This document shows positions 1-27,399 of a stretch of DNA of 64,000 bases, piece after piece. The stretch's first letter is position 1, and every line of letters begins with the position of its first letter. Below the pieces are notes generated by a model. That model saw only the letters and a list, made by a program, of their open reading frames with translations, did no database searches and was not told the origin of the DNA. A program made the position numbers and the translations under genes. The stretch is from the human T2T-CHM13v2.0 reference genome, Homo sapiens. The stretch is taken from NCBI RefSeq assembly GCF_009914755.1, contig NC_060931.1; one strand, given 5' to 3'.

Positions 1-338
1 AATAAAATTGATTGTGAATTCAGTAAACTTGCTAAATTTATTCTATACACATAGTCATATAATTTGTGAGTAATGAGTTTTGTTTCTTTCTTTCCAAGTC
101 TTATACCTTTTATTTATCCTTATTGCTTTACTGAAGGCTTCCAGTACATTGTTAAATAGACAAAACATCTTAATTCTTGACTTTTCTGGATTCTAAAAAG
201 AAAGCTTTTTCTACCCTTCACCATTAAATTTGATGTTTGGTATAGGTTTTTTATAGTTAATTACATTTTATCAGATTAAGAACGTTGTCTCTTATTTCAA
301 ATTTGCCAATTATTCTTTTGATCATAGATGGATGTTGA

Positions 339-633
<295 letters not shown>

Positions 634-1457
634 GAATTTTATCAACTTTTTTTTGCATCCATTGAGATGATCATATGATTTTTTTCTCCTTTAACCTGTT
701 AATGTAGTAAATTGCATTGATTGAATTTTCTAATATTAAACCAGCCTTAGAACAGTGATACTCAACTTGACTAGTCATCAGAATCACACAAATAAAAAGT
801 CTTTTTAAAAGTCTAGATCAGCCAGGCGCGGTAACACCCGTATTCCTGTTTCTCTTTTTGTTTCATATTTTATTAAAATAAAAGAAGTAAAATAATACTG
901 ATAAAGCTGATATCCCCTCTCTTTCTCGTTTCAGTTTCATATCCTTCTTTTCTCTTTGGAAAGCTTCCCCATCCTAGTAATTTGTGTATTTCTTTATTTT
1001 GTTTTTAAGCTCAAGTTTTGTTTTTGTTTTTGTTTTTGTTTTTTTGTAGAGATGGGGTTTGGCCATATTGCCCAGGTTGGTCTCGAACTCCTGAACTTAA
1101 GTGATCCACCCACCTTGGGCCTCCCAAAATGCTAGGATTATAGGCGTGAGCCACCATGTCCAGCCTTAAGCTTAATTACTTTTAAAAAATAGGTTATACA
1201 TGTACATGGCACAGAATTCAAAAGGAACAAGTTAAGTCCTACTTCTGCATCTAGCTACCCATTTTTCCTCTGCAGAAGTAACCACCAACACTGGTTTTTG
1301 TGTCCTTTTGGAAATATCCAACATCTGTCCAGATGTAGATGTGCTCTCAGTCTCTCCTCTACCGCCCAACCAGTACCATGCTCTATAGACTGCTCTCCAC
1401 TCAACTGAGTCCATGTAACATGACAACATTGGACATCATTCCATTTCAATGCACATC

Positions 1458-1801
1458 CTGTCATGCACCCCAGAAGGAGATTTTGGTTAACAATGGACCA
1501 CATGTGATGGTGTTCCCTTAAGATTATAATACCACATTTTTACTGTAGCCTTTCAATGTTTAGATATGTTTAGATACACTGATACTCACCGTTGTGTTAC
1601 AGTTGCCTGCAGTATTCAGTATAGCAACATGCTGTACAGGTTTGCAGCCTAGAAGCCATAGGTTATACTGTATCAGCTAGGTGTGCAGTAGGCTATACCA
1701 TCCAGGTTTGTGTAAGTACACTCTGATGTTCACACAAAGATGACATTGCCTGATGACACATTTCACAGAAGATATCCTCATTGTTAAGCAACATGTGACT
1801 A
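1458..1801. mobile_element. Tigger3a (MER7A)-like non-autonomous DNA transposon
   Basis: Termini ctgtcatgcac...acatgtgact; internal TTTAGATATGTTTAGATACAC and GGTTTGTGTAAGTACACTCT match the recalled consensus; ~345 bp. Confidence 0.8.
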
Positions 1802-2085
1802 TATCTCAACCCTGAATAGTGTTCTATTATAATGGTGTACGTTATTTTACTTGGTTGGTCTCCTATTGATGGATATGGATTCAAGCTGTTTCTACTTTTT
1901 TGCTATTGCAAAACAGTGCTGCAATGAATAATCTATATTATCTTTGTGAACATGTGAAGTAGAAGTACTAGTATAAAATTTTGGTAGATAATGCCAAAGT
2001 GATCTCCACAAGTGTTTACTAATTTTTATTCCTACCAACAAATATAAAAGTGCCAGTTTATCCCTACACTCTTTATAGTACGGTA

Positions 2086-2672
2086 TTTTCTTTTCTTTTT
2101 TTTTTTTTTTTTGAGATAGAGTTTTGTTCTGTCACCCAGACTGGAGTGCAATGGCGATCTCGGCTCACTGCAACATCCGCCTCCTGGATTCAAGCAATTC
2201 TCCTGCCTCAGCCTCCCAAGAAGCTGGGATTACAGGCGCCCACCACCACACCTAGCTAATGTTTGTAGTTTTTTAGTAGAGACGGGTTTTCACCATGTTG
2301 GCCAGGCTTGTGTAGAACTCCTGACCTCAGGTGGTCCACCTGCCTCGGCCTCCCAAACTGTTGGGATTACAGGCGTGAGCCACCACCATGCTCAGCCTTC
2401 TTTATGTTTTTAAAGGCCATTAAATGGCCTTGAGTCCAGGAGTTCAAGACCAGCCTGAGCAACATGGTGAAACCTTGTCTCTACAGAAAAATACAAAAAT
2501 TCACCAGGTGTGGTGGTGTGAGCCTGTAGTCTTTGCTACTCAGGAGGTTGAGGTGGGAGGATTAACTGAACCTGGGGAGCTGAAGGCTGCAGTGAGCCGT
2601 GATTATGCCACTGTACTCCAGCCTGGGCAACAGTGTGAGACCCTATCTCAAAAAATAAAAAAATAAAAAAAA
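2086..2672. mobile_element. Alu (minus, 2086-2396) plus partial AluJ (plus, 2425-2672)
   Basis: Alu consensus motifs in opposite orientations. Confidence 0.85.
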
Positions 2673-3052
2673 CATAAAGAGATGTTCGACCTCACTCTTA
2701 ATAATACAAATGTGGAATAAACTACAACGAAATATTCTTTTTTTAAACTTTTATACTTTTTATCACAGTGATAAAGATCAAAACATTTGAAAATGTGATC
2801 TGTTATTTGTCTTTCGCCTGTGTGTCTATAGAATTATGCAATTTTTACTGATTTGGAGGAGCTTTGTGCATATAAGGAAATTAGCTCTTGTGATAAGTAT
2901 TGAAAATACATTTTTTCAGTATCTTACTTTTCTTATGATTTTTGTATCGATTTTTCTGAAGTCTTTTGTTTAAATCTTTTATTTCATGATGTGTAGGCTT
3001 TGTGTCATTTCAGAAGGCCTTCTCCACTCCAAGGTTTAAAAAATCATTTCCT

Positions 3053-3344
<292 letters not shown>

Positions 3345-3624
3345 TCATTTCCCATCTTTTCTTCTAAAACTTTAATTTTTAGAAAAACAATGTAGTTATT
3401 TTTTTATCCATCTGGACTTTTATGTAAGAAATGGGGTAAAGCTCCACCTTATTTTTTCCCCAGATAATTTCTTAGTTGTCCTTGAAGATGTATTTAATAA
3501 TCTCTCTTTTTCCTGGGGAGTTTTATTTTTAAGGTATGAAACAATATTCACAATGAGGGAAAAAAAGGAAAACAAATTAGACATTTTTAAAACCTGATTG
3601 TTACCACAGATATAAAAAGATTGA

Positions 3625-4903
<1,279 letters not shown>

Positions 4904-5019
4904 TGAATTGAGTCAAGTGGGAACTGTTGCCTGAGGACATTGCTTCTTAACTGGCAGGAACTTGCTCTGCACCCTGGAATATACTCTGAAGGCTGGGAGC
5001 AGTCAGAGGCCTCAGACAA

Positions 5020-5240
5020 ATAATCATAAGAGTTAACATTTCCTGAGCGCTTACTACATGACAGGTACTGTGCCAAGGGCATTTAAAGCATTATATCACT
5101 TTTCACAGCAGTTCCATGAGGTAAATCTATCATCCCCATTTTACAGATGAGGCAACTGAGGCTAAAGATAAAGTACTTTGCCCAAGATCATACAGCCAGG
5201 AAAGAGTGGAGCCAAGATTTGGACCCAGGCTGGGCAGTTG
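5020..5240. mobile_element. MIR
   Basis: MIR core CCCCATTTTACAGATGAGGCAACTGAGGCT...TTGCCCAAGATCATACAGC. Confidence 0.8.
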
Positions 5241-6039
5241 CCATGCACATGCCCCTTACCTCTCTACTATGTTGCCTTCCCCCGAAAAGAGTGGTTACCT
5301 GTCTCTACCACCCCCAGCCTGGAAATGTGACCGGCACCCATGTTGGCTCTCACATCCTCATATTCTCTCCTAATGCAACTTCTTGCTTGGGAAATAGATA
5401 TTGCTGAAGCAGGGTTGATTCAGGAAGGGCTTCTGTGATGGGCAGGGCGGAGGACTAGGCTGGGGACGGGTGCTGGGAGATTGCCGCCTGTTTCTGTCTT
5501 GCTGACAACATTTTTCCCCTCTCCGCACTGGACAGAGCCTCTTCTGTTCCTCTCCATCTGACTTCCTGCTTCCTCCTCTGGCTTTGGAGTGCCTGGCTCC
5601 TCTGACTACCTCTTCTTAAGCCCCCATCTCTTCTCTCTCACTCCACTTGGTAAGAGGAACAAGGGTTCTGGGGTCTGGGCAAAGGGAAACATCTCCTGGC
5701 TCTAGCAAATGGGCCCCGTGAGAGTTGGGTGCACCCCTGAAAAGGTAAATCCACCCCGGGGAGCTCTACCAGAGGCATTACCACTCCCTAGCAGGGCATC
5801 TGGAAGTGGCAGTTATTTTCTTAAAACTTAAATGATAGTAAGCATACAGAATAGCGCACAGATCATGAGCTTGGTTTCCACAAGGTGAATACACTCATGT
5901 AACCAGTATCAGATCAGGAGATAGAATATTCCCAACATCCCATGTAACCAGTACCAGATCAAGAAGTAAAACATTCCCAGCAGCCCAGAGGTTCCTCTCC
6001 AGGCTCCCTTCTAGTCACCGTCCCTAGAGTAGAGGGCTG

Positions 6040-6173
6040 GGGCATTTTTGTTTGTCACAATCACTTCTGGGTTCTACTGGCATTGAGTTGGCAGAGTCTA
6101 GTGTCTGCAATGCATGGGACAGTCCTATGGTATAAAGAACTGTCCTGCCCAGATGCACTGTTGAGAAACACTG
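6040..6173 (+). mobile_element. MER20 fragment (hAT-Charlie)
   Basis: CATTTTTGTTTGTCACAA...CTACTGGCAT...GTTGAGAAACACTG match the MER20 3' half. Confidence 0.7.
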
Positions 6174-6259
6174 TACCTGCCAGGTCTGACCAGTGATGGG
6201 CTGCAGTGTGGCAAAGGCCTGGAGGACAGGGGTGAAGCTGCGTCTGTGGGTCAGAGTGA

Positions 6260-6514
<255 letters not shown>

Positions 6515-6971
6515 TGAGACAAGGTCCAGGCTCTCTGGGTTGGGCAGGACCGGGTATAGGGCAGGGTCCAGTGGGGAGCAGGGGAGCCCAGAGCTTTGTC
6601 TCCTGGAGACCCTGAGCCTACAGCCATGGGGTCAACAGGACACAAACTCAAACTGCAGCTCACTGGCTGGATCCGTCTATTAGGGATTCTCTATTTATTT
6701 ATCAATGATCACATGTTCAGCAAAATGTTTTGAGCACTGGCTGTTGGGTGTTGTGGTGTTACGGGCATCACGGATGACAGGAGCCTATCAGGAAGTTTCT
6801 CATGTATGTTGGGAGTTAAGGCGCGAGCATGTGAAACAGCTAGAGCCACCAAGACAGGGGACGTGAGCTAGTTCTGGGTGGTGCAGGAGAGGTCTTCAAT
6901 GAAAATAATAACAGTAATAATGATGGTAATAATACTAATTAGTCCTGTTTACTATATGCCAAATGCCATTA

Positions 6972-8705
<1,734 letters not shown>

Positions 8706-9051
8706 TAGGTGTCTTGGGGACCCAGAGGTGAAGGTACAGGGAGGAAGGCTGAAGTGTGCGTTTACCCCAAAGGGAGCAGGTGTGTGTAAAACCGAGATCC
8801 AGGGCAGGATCTGGCTCTGCCCTACTGCATACTGCATGCAAGATCTCCAGTGTTAGGATCTTAGTTTCAGAATCAGGACCTTCATGGTTTGTATCTGCTC
8901 AAAGGGGCGGCTCCTAGAGCCTCCTCAGATCTGACCTGGGTCCTGTCTCCAAGCCCTGACTTCTGGGAACCTCCAGACCTCAGCAGCCGAGGGTCTGGGC
9001 ACAGGGTGGGGAGACCAGGTAGAGGGAGTACAGAGTGACCGCCTCAAGTGA

Positions 9052-9294
<243 letters not shown>

Positions 9295-9385
9295 TAGTGA
9301 CTGGTAGGAACGGGAGACCTGGATGGGGTGAGTTTGAGGGAGGGGGCCAGTAACCCACCTTCTGTCCCACCCCTTCCTGCTGCAG

Positions 9386-9509
9386 GTGGATGGGGACTCT
9401 GTGAGTGGCATTTGTTTTGTGGGCTACAAGAACTACCGATACCGTGCGGGCTTCGTGCTGGCCCCAATCGGCCTGGTGCTCATCGTGGGAGGCTACTTCC
9501 TCATCCGAG
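9386..9509 (+). CDS. SMO: Smoothened exon 6 (ECL2-TM5)
   Basis: tgcag|GTGGATGGG...ATCCGAG|gtgagt; [41 protein letters not shown]; 124 nt. Confidence 0.97.
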
Positions 9510-9678
9510 GTGAGTGAAGACCAGGCCAGGACCAGTTGGGCAACAAAATGTACTGGGCACTTGCTGCCAGTACTGGGAGCTGCCAGCACGGCTGCCCCCA
9601 TGCTGAAACCCCAGCTAGCTCCTATAGGGCCTTCACACAGAGTAGAAGGTGACCCTCTAGGCAGACGAAACACCGTGA

Positions 9679-10066
<388 letters not shown>

Positions 10067-10487
10067 TCACAGCTTGTTAGGTGGAGTTGGGTCAGGATCC
10101 AGCCCCAGTCAGCTCCTGGCCGGTGCACTTGTGTGATGAACACCCTGAGTAACCTACTCTGCCCACTTGGACCAACCTAGGTCGTTTGGTTATCTGTGTG
10201 CACATTAATTCGATATGTACTGTCAATCTTCTGGAGCTTGGTTTTCATCTTCTTTCTGTCCCCGGCACACACAGCTCTCACAGCATGCGTGGAATTAGTG
10301 GTCCCTAACTTTCCTGTCTCATGCTGCCATCCCATAGTAAGCCTCAGCATCTATTTAGCTCATTGTTGTTGGGTTTTCTTTGTAAACCTCAGTTTCCTCA
10401 CCCTGAACTGCCAGCCTTCTGTTCAGTCACCTCTTTCCCCTCTTTTTGGCATAGTGTCTGGCCCTCTGATTTGTGCTTCGTTATCAT

Positions 10488-11396
<909 letters not shown>

Positions 11397-11656
11397 TCTT
11401 GAGTCTGTTTTATGTCTTTCCCATCAGAACAGCTTTGATCTGCCCCCTTCTTCAGGGGCAGCTGGGCCACGACCGAGGCTCCCTCTTCTCAAGTGTCTGT
11501 CTAGGCTCTGCCCTGGTCTTCTCACCATTTCTCCAGTGTCTCTAGCTCCCCAGGTTTTCATTTAGCACAGGGGTAATCAGACTTGGGACTCCAGAGCCTT
11601 AGGACCCTCCTCCCACTCACCCATCCTTCCCAGCAGGGCAGCCTCACCCCTGCTAA

Positions 11657-11800
<144 letters not shown>

Positions 11801-12183
11801 TGAGGTCCTGGCCAGCCCAACACTGCACCCTCCTGGGGCTATGCGACCGGCAGGATGCAGTAAGTCAGTGGGACAAGTTAGCCATAGGGACAAGGACAAG
11901 GGGTGTGTGTAGGTGGTAGTGGTAGTGGCAGCTCAAAAGAAGGGGGTCTACTCGGGGGGAAGAATTCAGTCAAGTTCATGCCGGGACTGGTTCCTCCTGC
12001 CCACTACGTCCCACGTGGTCCCTCCCACAGTTGCTTCAAGTGCCCTTCTTATTTTATTTTAGAGAAAGCAGTTCTTGGACTGAGCCCAGCATGAGTTCAC
12101 CCCAGCCCCAGCTGGGTGAACTTTGAGGCCCAGTGGGGCAGACTCTCTCCTCCCCACTGCTGCTGCGGGACTGGGCTTGGTAA

Positions 12184-12321
<138 letters not shown>

Positions 12322-12889
12322 TGAGTGAGGGGCATGGAGGCGGCAGTGCTGGGAGCTGGAGCCAAGGCCATAAAGACACCCACCTCCACCCACCGGGCAG
12401 CAGGGATTTGCCAGGTCCCTGCTGCAGACAGCAGATTCAATGGATGGTGTCTGGGTGCATAAGGCATCAGTCTCCGTAGTTTCTCAAACGTGGCAAACAA
12501 CCTTCGCATCCCTTCTCACCTCTGCCCTTCCCTCTCCACCCCCTTGGTTGCCCAGCTGGTGCATGTGTGACTGTTAAGCAGCCAGTTCAGCTTCGTCTTC
12601 TCTGACTGACACTAAGTTGCCCTCTAATTCTGTGTGCTCTCCTGCAGAGCCTGCTTTAGATCCTGGCACAGGACTAGTTACCTCTCTGTGATAGGTTAAT
12701 GACCTGCTAATGTTGGCTAGTTTTTGCCTGTGCTTTTTTGTGTCATAATGAGGATGGATTGGAGAGAGTAAGACATTGCTACTGCTGAGAGAAGCGCAGT
12801 ACCCACTGTTACAAGGACAGTCGCTAAAATGGATGCTAGTCCAAGCCCTGACTGCTTCAGGCTCTTCCGTAAAGGTTCCGGCTTCCAGT

Positions 12890-13030
12890 CTGGGATGCTT
12901 TAAACCACAGTGATGCCTGAGTCTCTGCCCCAGAGATTCAATTTAATTGTCTAGGGTGGGTCCCAGGCATCAGTAGCTATTAAAAGCTCCCCAGTTGATT
13001 CTAATGAGCACCCAGGGTTGAGATCAGTGC
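12890..13030. mobile_element. MER5-family fragment
   Basis: CCCAGAGATTC...AAAGCTCCCCAGTTGATTCTAATGAGCAC...GGGTTGAGA. Confidence 0.7.
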
Positions 13031-13099
13031 TGTGGAGCTTAGCCCTTTCTAAAGTTTTTGGATTGATTGTCTGAGTCTACCCAGTAGACTCAGAAAACC

Positions 13100-13535
<436 letters not shown>

Positions 13536-13584
13536 TAGGTTTTGTCGGGTCCTGCCTCTAGCACAGCCTTGGTCAGTGGTTCAC

Positions 13585-13602
13585 CGCTGCCCCCTGGTGG
13601 CA
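13585..13602 (-). promoter_or_regulatory. CTCF motif (reverse) in SMO intron 9
   Basis: Minus strand reads TGCCACCAGGGGGCAGCG, close to the CTCF core consensus. Confidence 0.65.
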
Positions 13603-13837
13603 CCTTCTGTCCTTGGGTGGCCTGATGCCTGGGCCTGGGCCTGGGCCAAGGGCAGAGCCAGCTGCCATCACCTTTTAAGAGCGGAGTGATTGGAGGGCTG
13701 GGCACACAGGAGCTCTGCATTCTGGCCCCACTTCTTTGCAGAGAAGGCCTCTACTCCTGAGTCCTTGAAGGACTTGAGGCCCTTGGGAGCCTCCTTCTCT
13801 GGAAAGAATGGCATCGCTGGCCCTTCCCAAGATTTGA

Positions 13838-14293
<456 letters not shown>

Positions 14294-14479
14294 TAAATTC
14301 TCCAGTTGCTCTCCCTGGGCAAGAGTAAGTCAGGGTTCCAAGAACTGGATTTCTGGCCTCCAGTTAGGCCCTTTGGGGACGTGAGGCCCTTCTCTTCAGA
14401 TTCTGAAGGGGTAGAGATCACCGTGGTTACAGGGTGAGCTTTCTCTGGTGAGCAGGAGGGACTGGCTGTGGGAAGATGA

Positions 14480-14812
<333 letters not shown>

Positions 14813-14873
14813 TGAAGAGTGGGGCTGAGGCTCTAAGAGTCTAGAGACCTGGGCCCCAGAACTAACAGGTTAA

Positions 14874-15374
<501 letters not shown>

Positions 15375-16470
15375 GCCTGCAGAGCAGGACCTGGGACAGG
15401 AAAGAGAGGAACCAATACCTTCAAGGCTCTTCTTCCTCACCGAGCATGCTTCCCTAGGATCCCGTCTTCCAGAGAACCTGTGGGCTGACTGCCCTCCGAA
15501 GAGAGTTCTGGATGTCTGGCTCAAAGCAGCAGGACTGTGGGAAAGAGCCTAACATCTCCATGGGGAGGCCTCACCCCAGGGACAGGGCCCTGGAGCTCAG
15601 GGTCCTTGTTTCTGCCCTGCCAGCTGCAGCCTGGTTGGCAGCATCTGCTCCATCGGGGCAGGGGGTATGCAGAGCTTGTGGTGGGGCAGGAACGGTGGAG
15701 GCAGAGGTGACAGTTCCCAGAGTGGGCTTTGGTGGCCAGGGAGGCAGCCTAGCCTATGTCTGGCAGATGAGGGCTGGCTGCCGTTTTCTGGGCTGATGGG
15801 TGCCCTTTCCTGGCAGTCTCAGTCCAAAAGTGTTGACTGTGTCATTAGTCCTTTGTCTAAGTAGGGCCAGGGCACCGTATTCCTCTCCCAGGTGTTTGTG
15901 GGGCTGGAAGGACCTGCTCCCACAGGGGCCATGTCCTCTCTTAATAGGTGGCACTACCCCAAACCCATCTTTTGTTCTCCTATATCCTCCTTCTCCTGTT
16001 CCATTTCAGTTCAGTTTCAGCGGTGCCAACCTCTTTGCGTTTCCTTTTTGTTGATGAGGACCCAGAGCTGCTGCACACACTCACCTCTAACCCCCTCCCC
16101 TCGCTGCTGGGCCCCATCTCCACAGGAGAGACTGGTTCGGCTCTAGGGCCTCAGTCTGGAGTGGGATAGGAGCAGTGAGTGACAAAGCCTCTGAAAGATG
16201 CATCATCTCTTCCTCACACCCATTTAGTGGGGGATGGGTCCTCTAGACTTGAGGGGCTACCCTGGGAAGCTGCCGTAGCTTCAGCCAGGCAAGAAAGCTT
16301 CCTTCAACCTGCATAGCCGGTGGGTGAGGAGATTCCCACCTTCCATAGCCTCCAAACATGTTCCCAAGGCCCCACTTTCAAGAATCAGACAGCAGGAAGC
16401 CATAGATGCTGGCTGGGTTCCAGGTTATGGGGAGAAGAAATACAGTCAATAAAAGGTTTTTGTATAAACT
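15375..16470 (+). other. SMO: SMO 3' UTR (3' end approximate)
   Basis: Unique sequence from the stop codon to ~20 nt past AATAAA at 16448. Confidence 0.85.
16448..16453 (+). terminator. SMO polyadenylation signal AATAAA
   Basis: Canonical hexamer ~1.07 kb after the stop, followed by GU/U-rich tract (ggtgtgttttt, 16474-16530). Confidence 0.85.
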
Positions 16471-16480
16471 CTTGGTGTGT

Positions 16481-18204
<1,724 letters not shown>

Positions 18205-18348
18205 AGGAGTAGTCTTTGAATGCTGCTCATGTGATGAGGACACCGCATTTTGACCATGGCCAGATTCCAGGAGAAGGGGAAAGGGAATACTAACCCACGG
18301 ATTGTATTCCTAGGCACTTTACATGTGTATTAATAATAGCTAACTCTT

Positions 18349-18638
18349 GGCTGGGCACAGTGGCTCATGCCTGAAATTCCAGCACCTTGGGAGGCCGAGG
18401 CAGGAGGGCTGCTTGAGCCCAGAGTTTGAGACCAGCCTGGGCAACAAAATGAGACCCCCATCTCTACAAAAGATTAAAAAATTAGCGGGGCGTGGTTGTG
18501 TGCCTGTGGTCCCAGGTCTTGGGAGTCTGAGGTGGATCGCTTGAGCCCAGGAGCTGGAGGCTGCAGTGAGCTGTGACTGCATCACTGTACTCTAGCCTGG
18601 GCAACACAGCAAGACTCTGTCTCAGAAAAAAAAAAAAA
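18349..18638 (+). mobile_element. AluJ-like element (host of the SVA insertion)
   Basis: GGCTGGGCACAGTGGCTCA start, diverged dimer, A-tail directly joined to the SVA hexamers. Confidence 0.85.
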
Positions 18639-18639
18639 G

Positions 18640-20205
18640 CCTCCCCCTCCCCCTCCCCCTGCCCCTCTCCCTCTCTCTTTCTTCGGTCGCCCTCTGTTGC
18701 CGAGGCTGGACTGTACTGCCGTGATCTCAGCTCGCTGCAACCTCCCTACCTCAGGCTCCCATGATTCTCCTGCCTCAGCCTGCCAAGTGCCTGGGATTGC
18801 AGGCGCGTGCCGCCACGCCTGACTGGTTTTTGTATTTTTGGTGGAGACGGGGTTTCGCCGTGTTGACTGGGCTGGTCTCCAGCTCTTGACCTAGAGTGAT
18901 CTGCCCACCTCGGCCTCCCGAGGTGCTGAGATTGCAGAGTCTCGCTCACTCAATGCTCAATGTTGCCCAGGCTGGAGTGCAGTGGCATGATCTCAGCTTG
19001 CTACAACCTCCACCTCCCAGCCGCCTGCCTTGGCCTCCGAAAGTGCTAAGATTACAGCCTCTGCCCGGCCACCACCCCATCTAGGAAGTGAGGAGCGTCT
19101 CTGCCTGGCCGCCCATCGTCTGGGATGTGAGGAGCCCCTCTGCCCGGCCGCCCCGTCTGGGATATGAGGAGTGCCTATGCCCGGCCGCCCCGTCTGGGAA
19201 GTGAGGAGCACCTCTGCCTGGCCGCCACCCTGTCTGGGAAGTGGGGACCACCTCTGCCCGGCCGTCACCCCGTCTAGGAAGTGAGGAGCGTCTCTGCCTG
19301 GCCGCCCATCGTCTGGGATGTGAGGGGCACCTCTGCCCGGCCGCCCATCATCTGGGATGTGAGGAGTGCCTCTGCCCGGCCACCACCCCATCTGGGAACT
19401 GAGGAGCGCCTCTGCCCAGCTGCCCCGTCTGAGAAGTGAGGAGCCCCTCTGCCCAGCCGCCCATCATCTGGGATGTGAGGAGCGCCTCTGCCCAGCCACC
19501 CACCGTCTGGGATGTGAGGAGCGCCTCTGCCCAGCCGCCACCCCGTCTGGGAAGTGAGGAGCGCCTTTGCCTGGCCCCCCTTCGTCTGGGAGGTGAGGAG
19601 CGCCTCTGCCCGGCTGCCCCGTCTGGGAGGTGAGGAGCGCCTCTGCCCGGCTGCCCTGTCTGGGAGGTGTACCCAACAGCTCCAAAGAGACAGCGACCAT
19701 TGAGAACGGGCCATGATGACGATAGTGGTTTTGTCGAAAAGAAAAGGGGGAAATGTGGGGAAAAGAAAGAGAGATCAGATTGTTACTGTGTCTGTGTAGA
19801 AAGAAGTAAACATAGGAGACTCCATTTTGTTCTGTACTAAGAAAAATTCTTCTGCCTTGGGATGCTGTTAATCTATAACCTTACCCCCAACCCCGTGCTC
19901 TCTGAAACATGCGCTGTGTCAACTCAGGGTTAAATGGATTAAGGGCAGTGCAAGATGTGCTTTGTTAAACAGATGCTTGAAGACAGCATGCTCGTTAAGA
20001 GTCATCACCACTCCCTAATCTCAAGTACCCAGGGACACAAACACTGCAGAAGGCCGCAGGGACCTCTGCCTAGGAAAACCAGAGACCTTTGTTCACGTGT
20101 TTATCTGCTGACCTTCTCTCCACTATTATCCTATGACCCTGCCACATCCCCCGCTCCGAGAAACACCCAAGAATGATCAATAAATCCAAAAAAAAAAAAA
20201 AAAAA
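18640..20205 (+). mobile_element. Full-length SVA retrotransposon, old subfamily (SVA_A-like)
   Basis: CCCCCT/CCCTCT hexamers 18640-18678, antisense Alu-like domain to ~19055, VNTR of ~15-16 ~39-bp units (GCCTCTGCCCGGCCGCC...GAGGAGC) to ~19668, HERV-K-derived SINE-R, AATAAA 20179-20184, poly(A) to 20205; many decayed CpGs. Confidence 0.95.
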
Positions 20206-20509
20206 TGCCAACTCTTAGTGTATGCTTGCCGGGTACTTCTCTAAGCACTTTGTCTACATTAATTCATCAAATTTCACAGATTCAGACCTGTGAGGCTCTG
20301 TTAACACCCCTCAAGATACTGAGGCACAGAGAGTTTCAGTAGCTTGCCCAAGACCACACAGTAAGTGGAAATGCTGGCATTTTGTTGGCTCCAGTGGGCA
20401 CTTAGCCATGGTGCTCCACTGTCTCTTGTTTAATTCAGAGAATAATAAACCAATCAGAGGAGCTCATTGTATGTGTTAGGTTGATGCAAAAGTCATTGCA
20501 GTTTTTGCC

Positions 20510-24783
<4,274 letters not shown>

Positions 24784-25211
24784 TTAATTACCCTGTTTCT
24801 AGTATGTAATTTGATCTTCAACTGTACCTGGTGTCCCTCAGCTACAAGGATGGCAGAAGCAGCAGGTATGTAGGGATGGAGTTGACAACAGGTTGAAGAA
24901 TGTGTCCTGATGGTTGGCCCCAATCAGTGGTGGTGACTGGAATAAAACAGGGTATCAGTTTCATTCCAGTGCTCTAACTCCTTATATTTTATAACCACAT
25001 CACACTGAAGAATTAATTCATCCTCTCAGTAATCAATTCTAGTGGCAGGTAGGCAGCTGCTGCCTATGAGCTCCAACACATGCCAGGTGGCTGTACCGTA
25101 GCTCCCTTGAGCATTAGGGGGAAGAATGAAATCAGTTACAGAGCTGCTAATCTCTGCTCCGACAGCTGGAGGATGAAGCTCTGGGCTGGTTTCTTTTTAA
25201 CAGGAAGGAAA

Positions 25212-26923
<1,712 letters not shown>

Positions 26924-27399
26924 TAACAATTGCTCTATTTGTTGGACATTAGTTTTAGACAGTTTTTTGTTATTAAAAAGGACGCTGCGGTGCATGTCTT
27001 TTTGCTTACATCCTCTAAATGTAAAATTTAAAAATAATACAGAAAAGTACAAAGTAAAAATCACCTTAAATCCCATCACTTAGGAAATTAACTACTCATA
27101 TTCACTATTCATATCCCTCTATGCTGATATATGTATCTGAATTTCAGATGATTGCCCTATTAGAATTATAGGTGAAAAGATTTGGCCTCGTTTAAGGCAA
27201 CGTGTAATTCCTCAGCCTTGAATTTTGATCTAGTGATACCTAACTTCTTTGAGGAATGATCTTAGCTTCCAAACCCAGAATGTGACAGAAAGCGCCACAG
27301 CAAGCAAGGTCCTACTTTATCCCTTCTAAAAACAAAGCCACTGAAGTTTGGAAGGGTGTTGAGTTCTCAATATCACAAAGAAAAATAAAGCCACTTCCA

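Noticed and set aside
9328-9333. Strong-looking alternative donor GGG|GTGAGT in SMO intron 5
   Set aside because: Using it would leave a 58-nt intron, too short for normal splicing, and include an immediate in-frame TAG.
19057-19668. Regular ~39-bp repeat array (CRISPR-like) with repetitive ORFs
   Set aside because: It is the SVA VNTR: tandem units without unique spacers, lying between the Alu-like and SINE-R domains.
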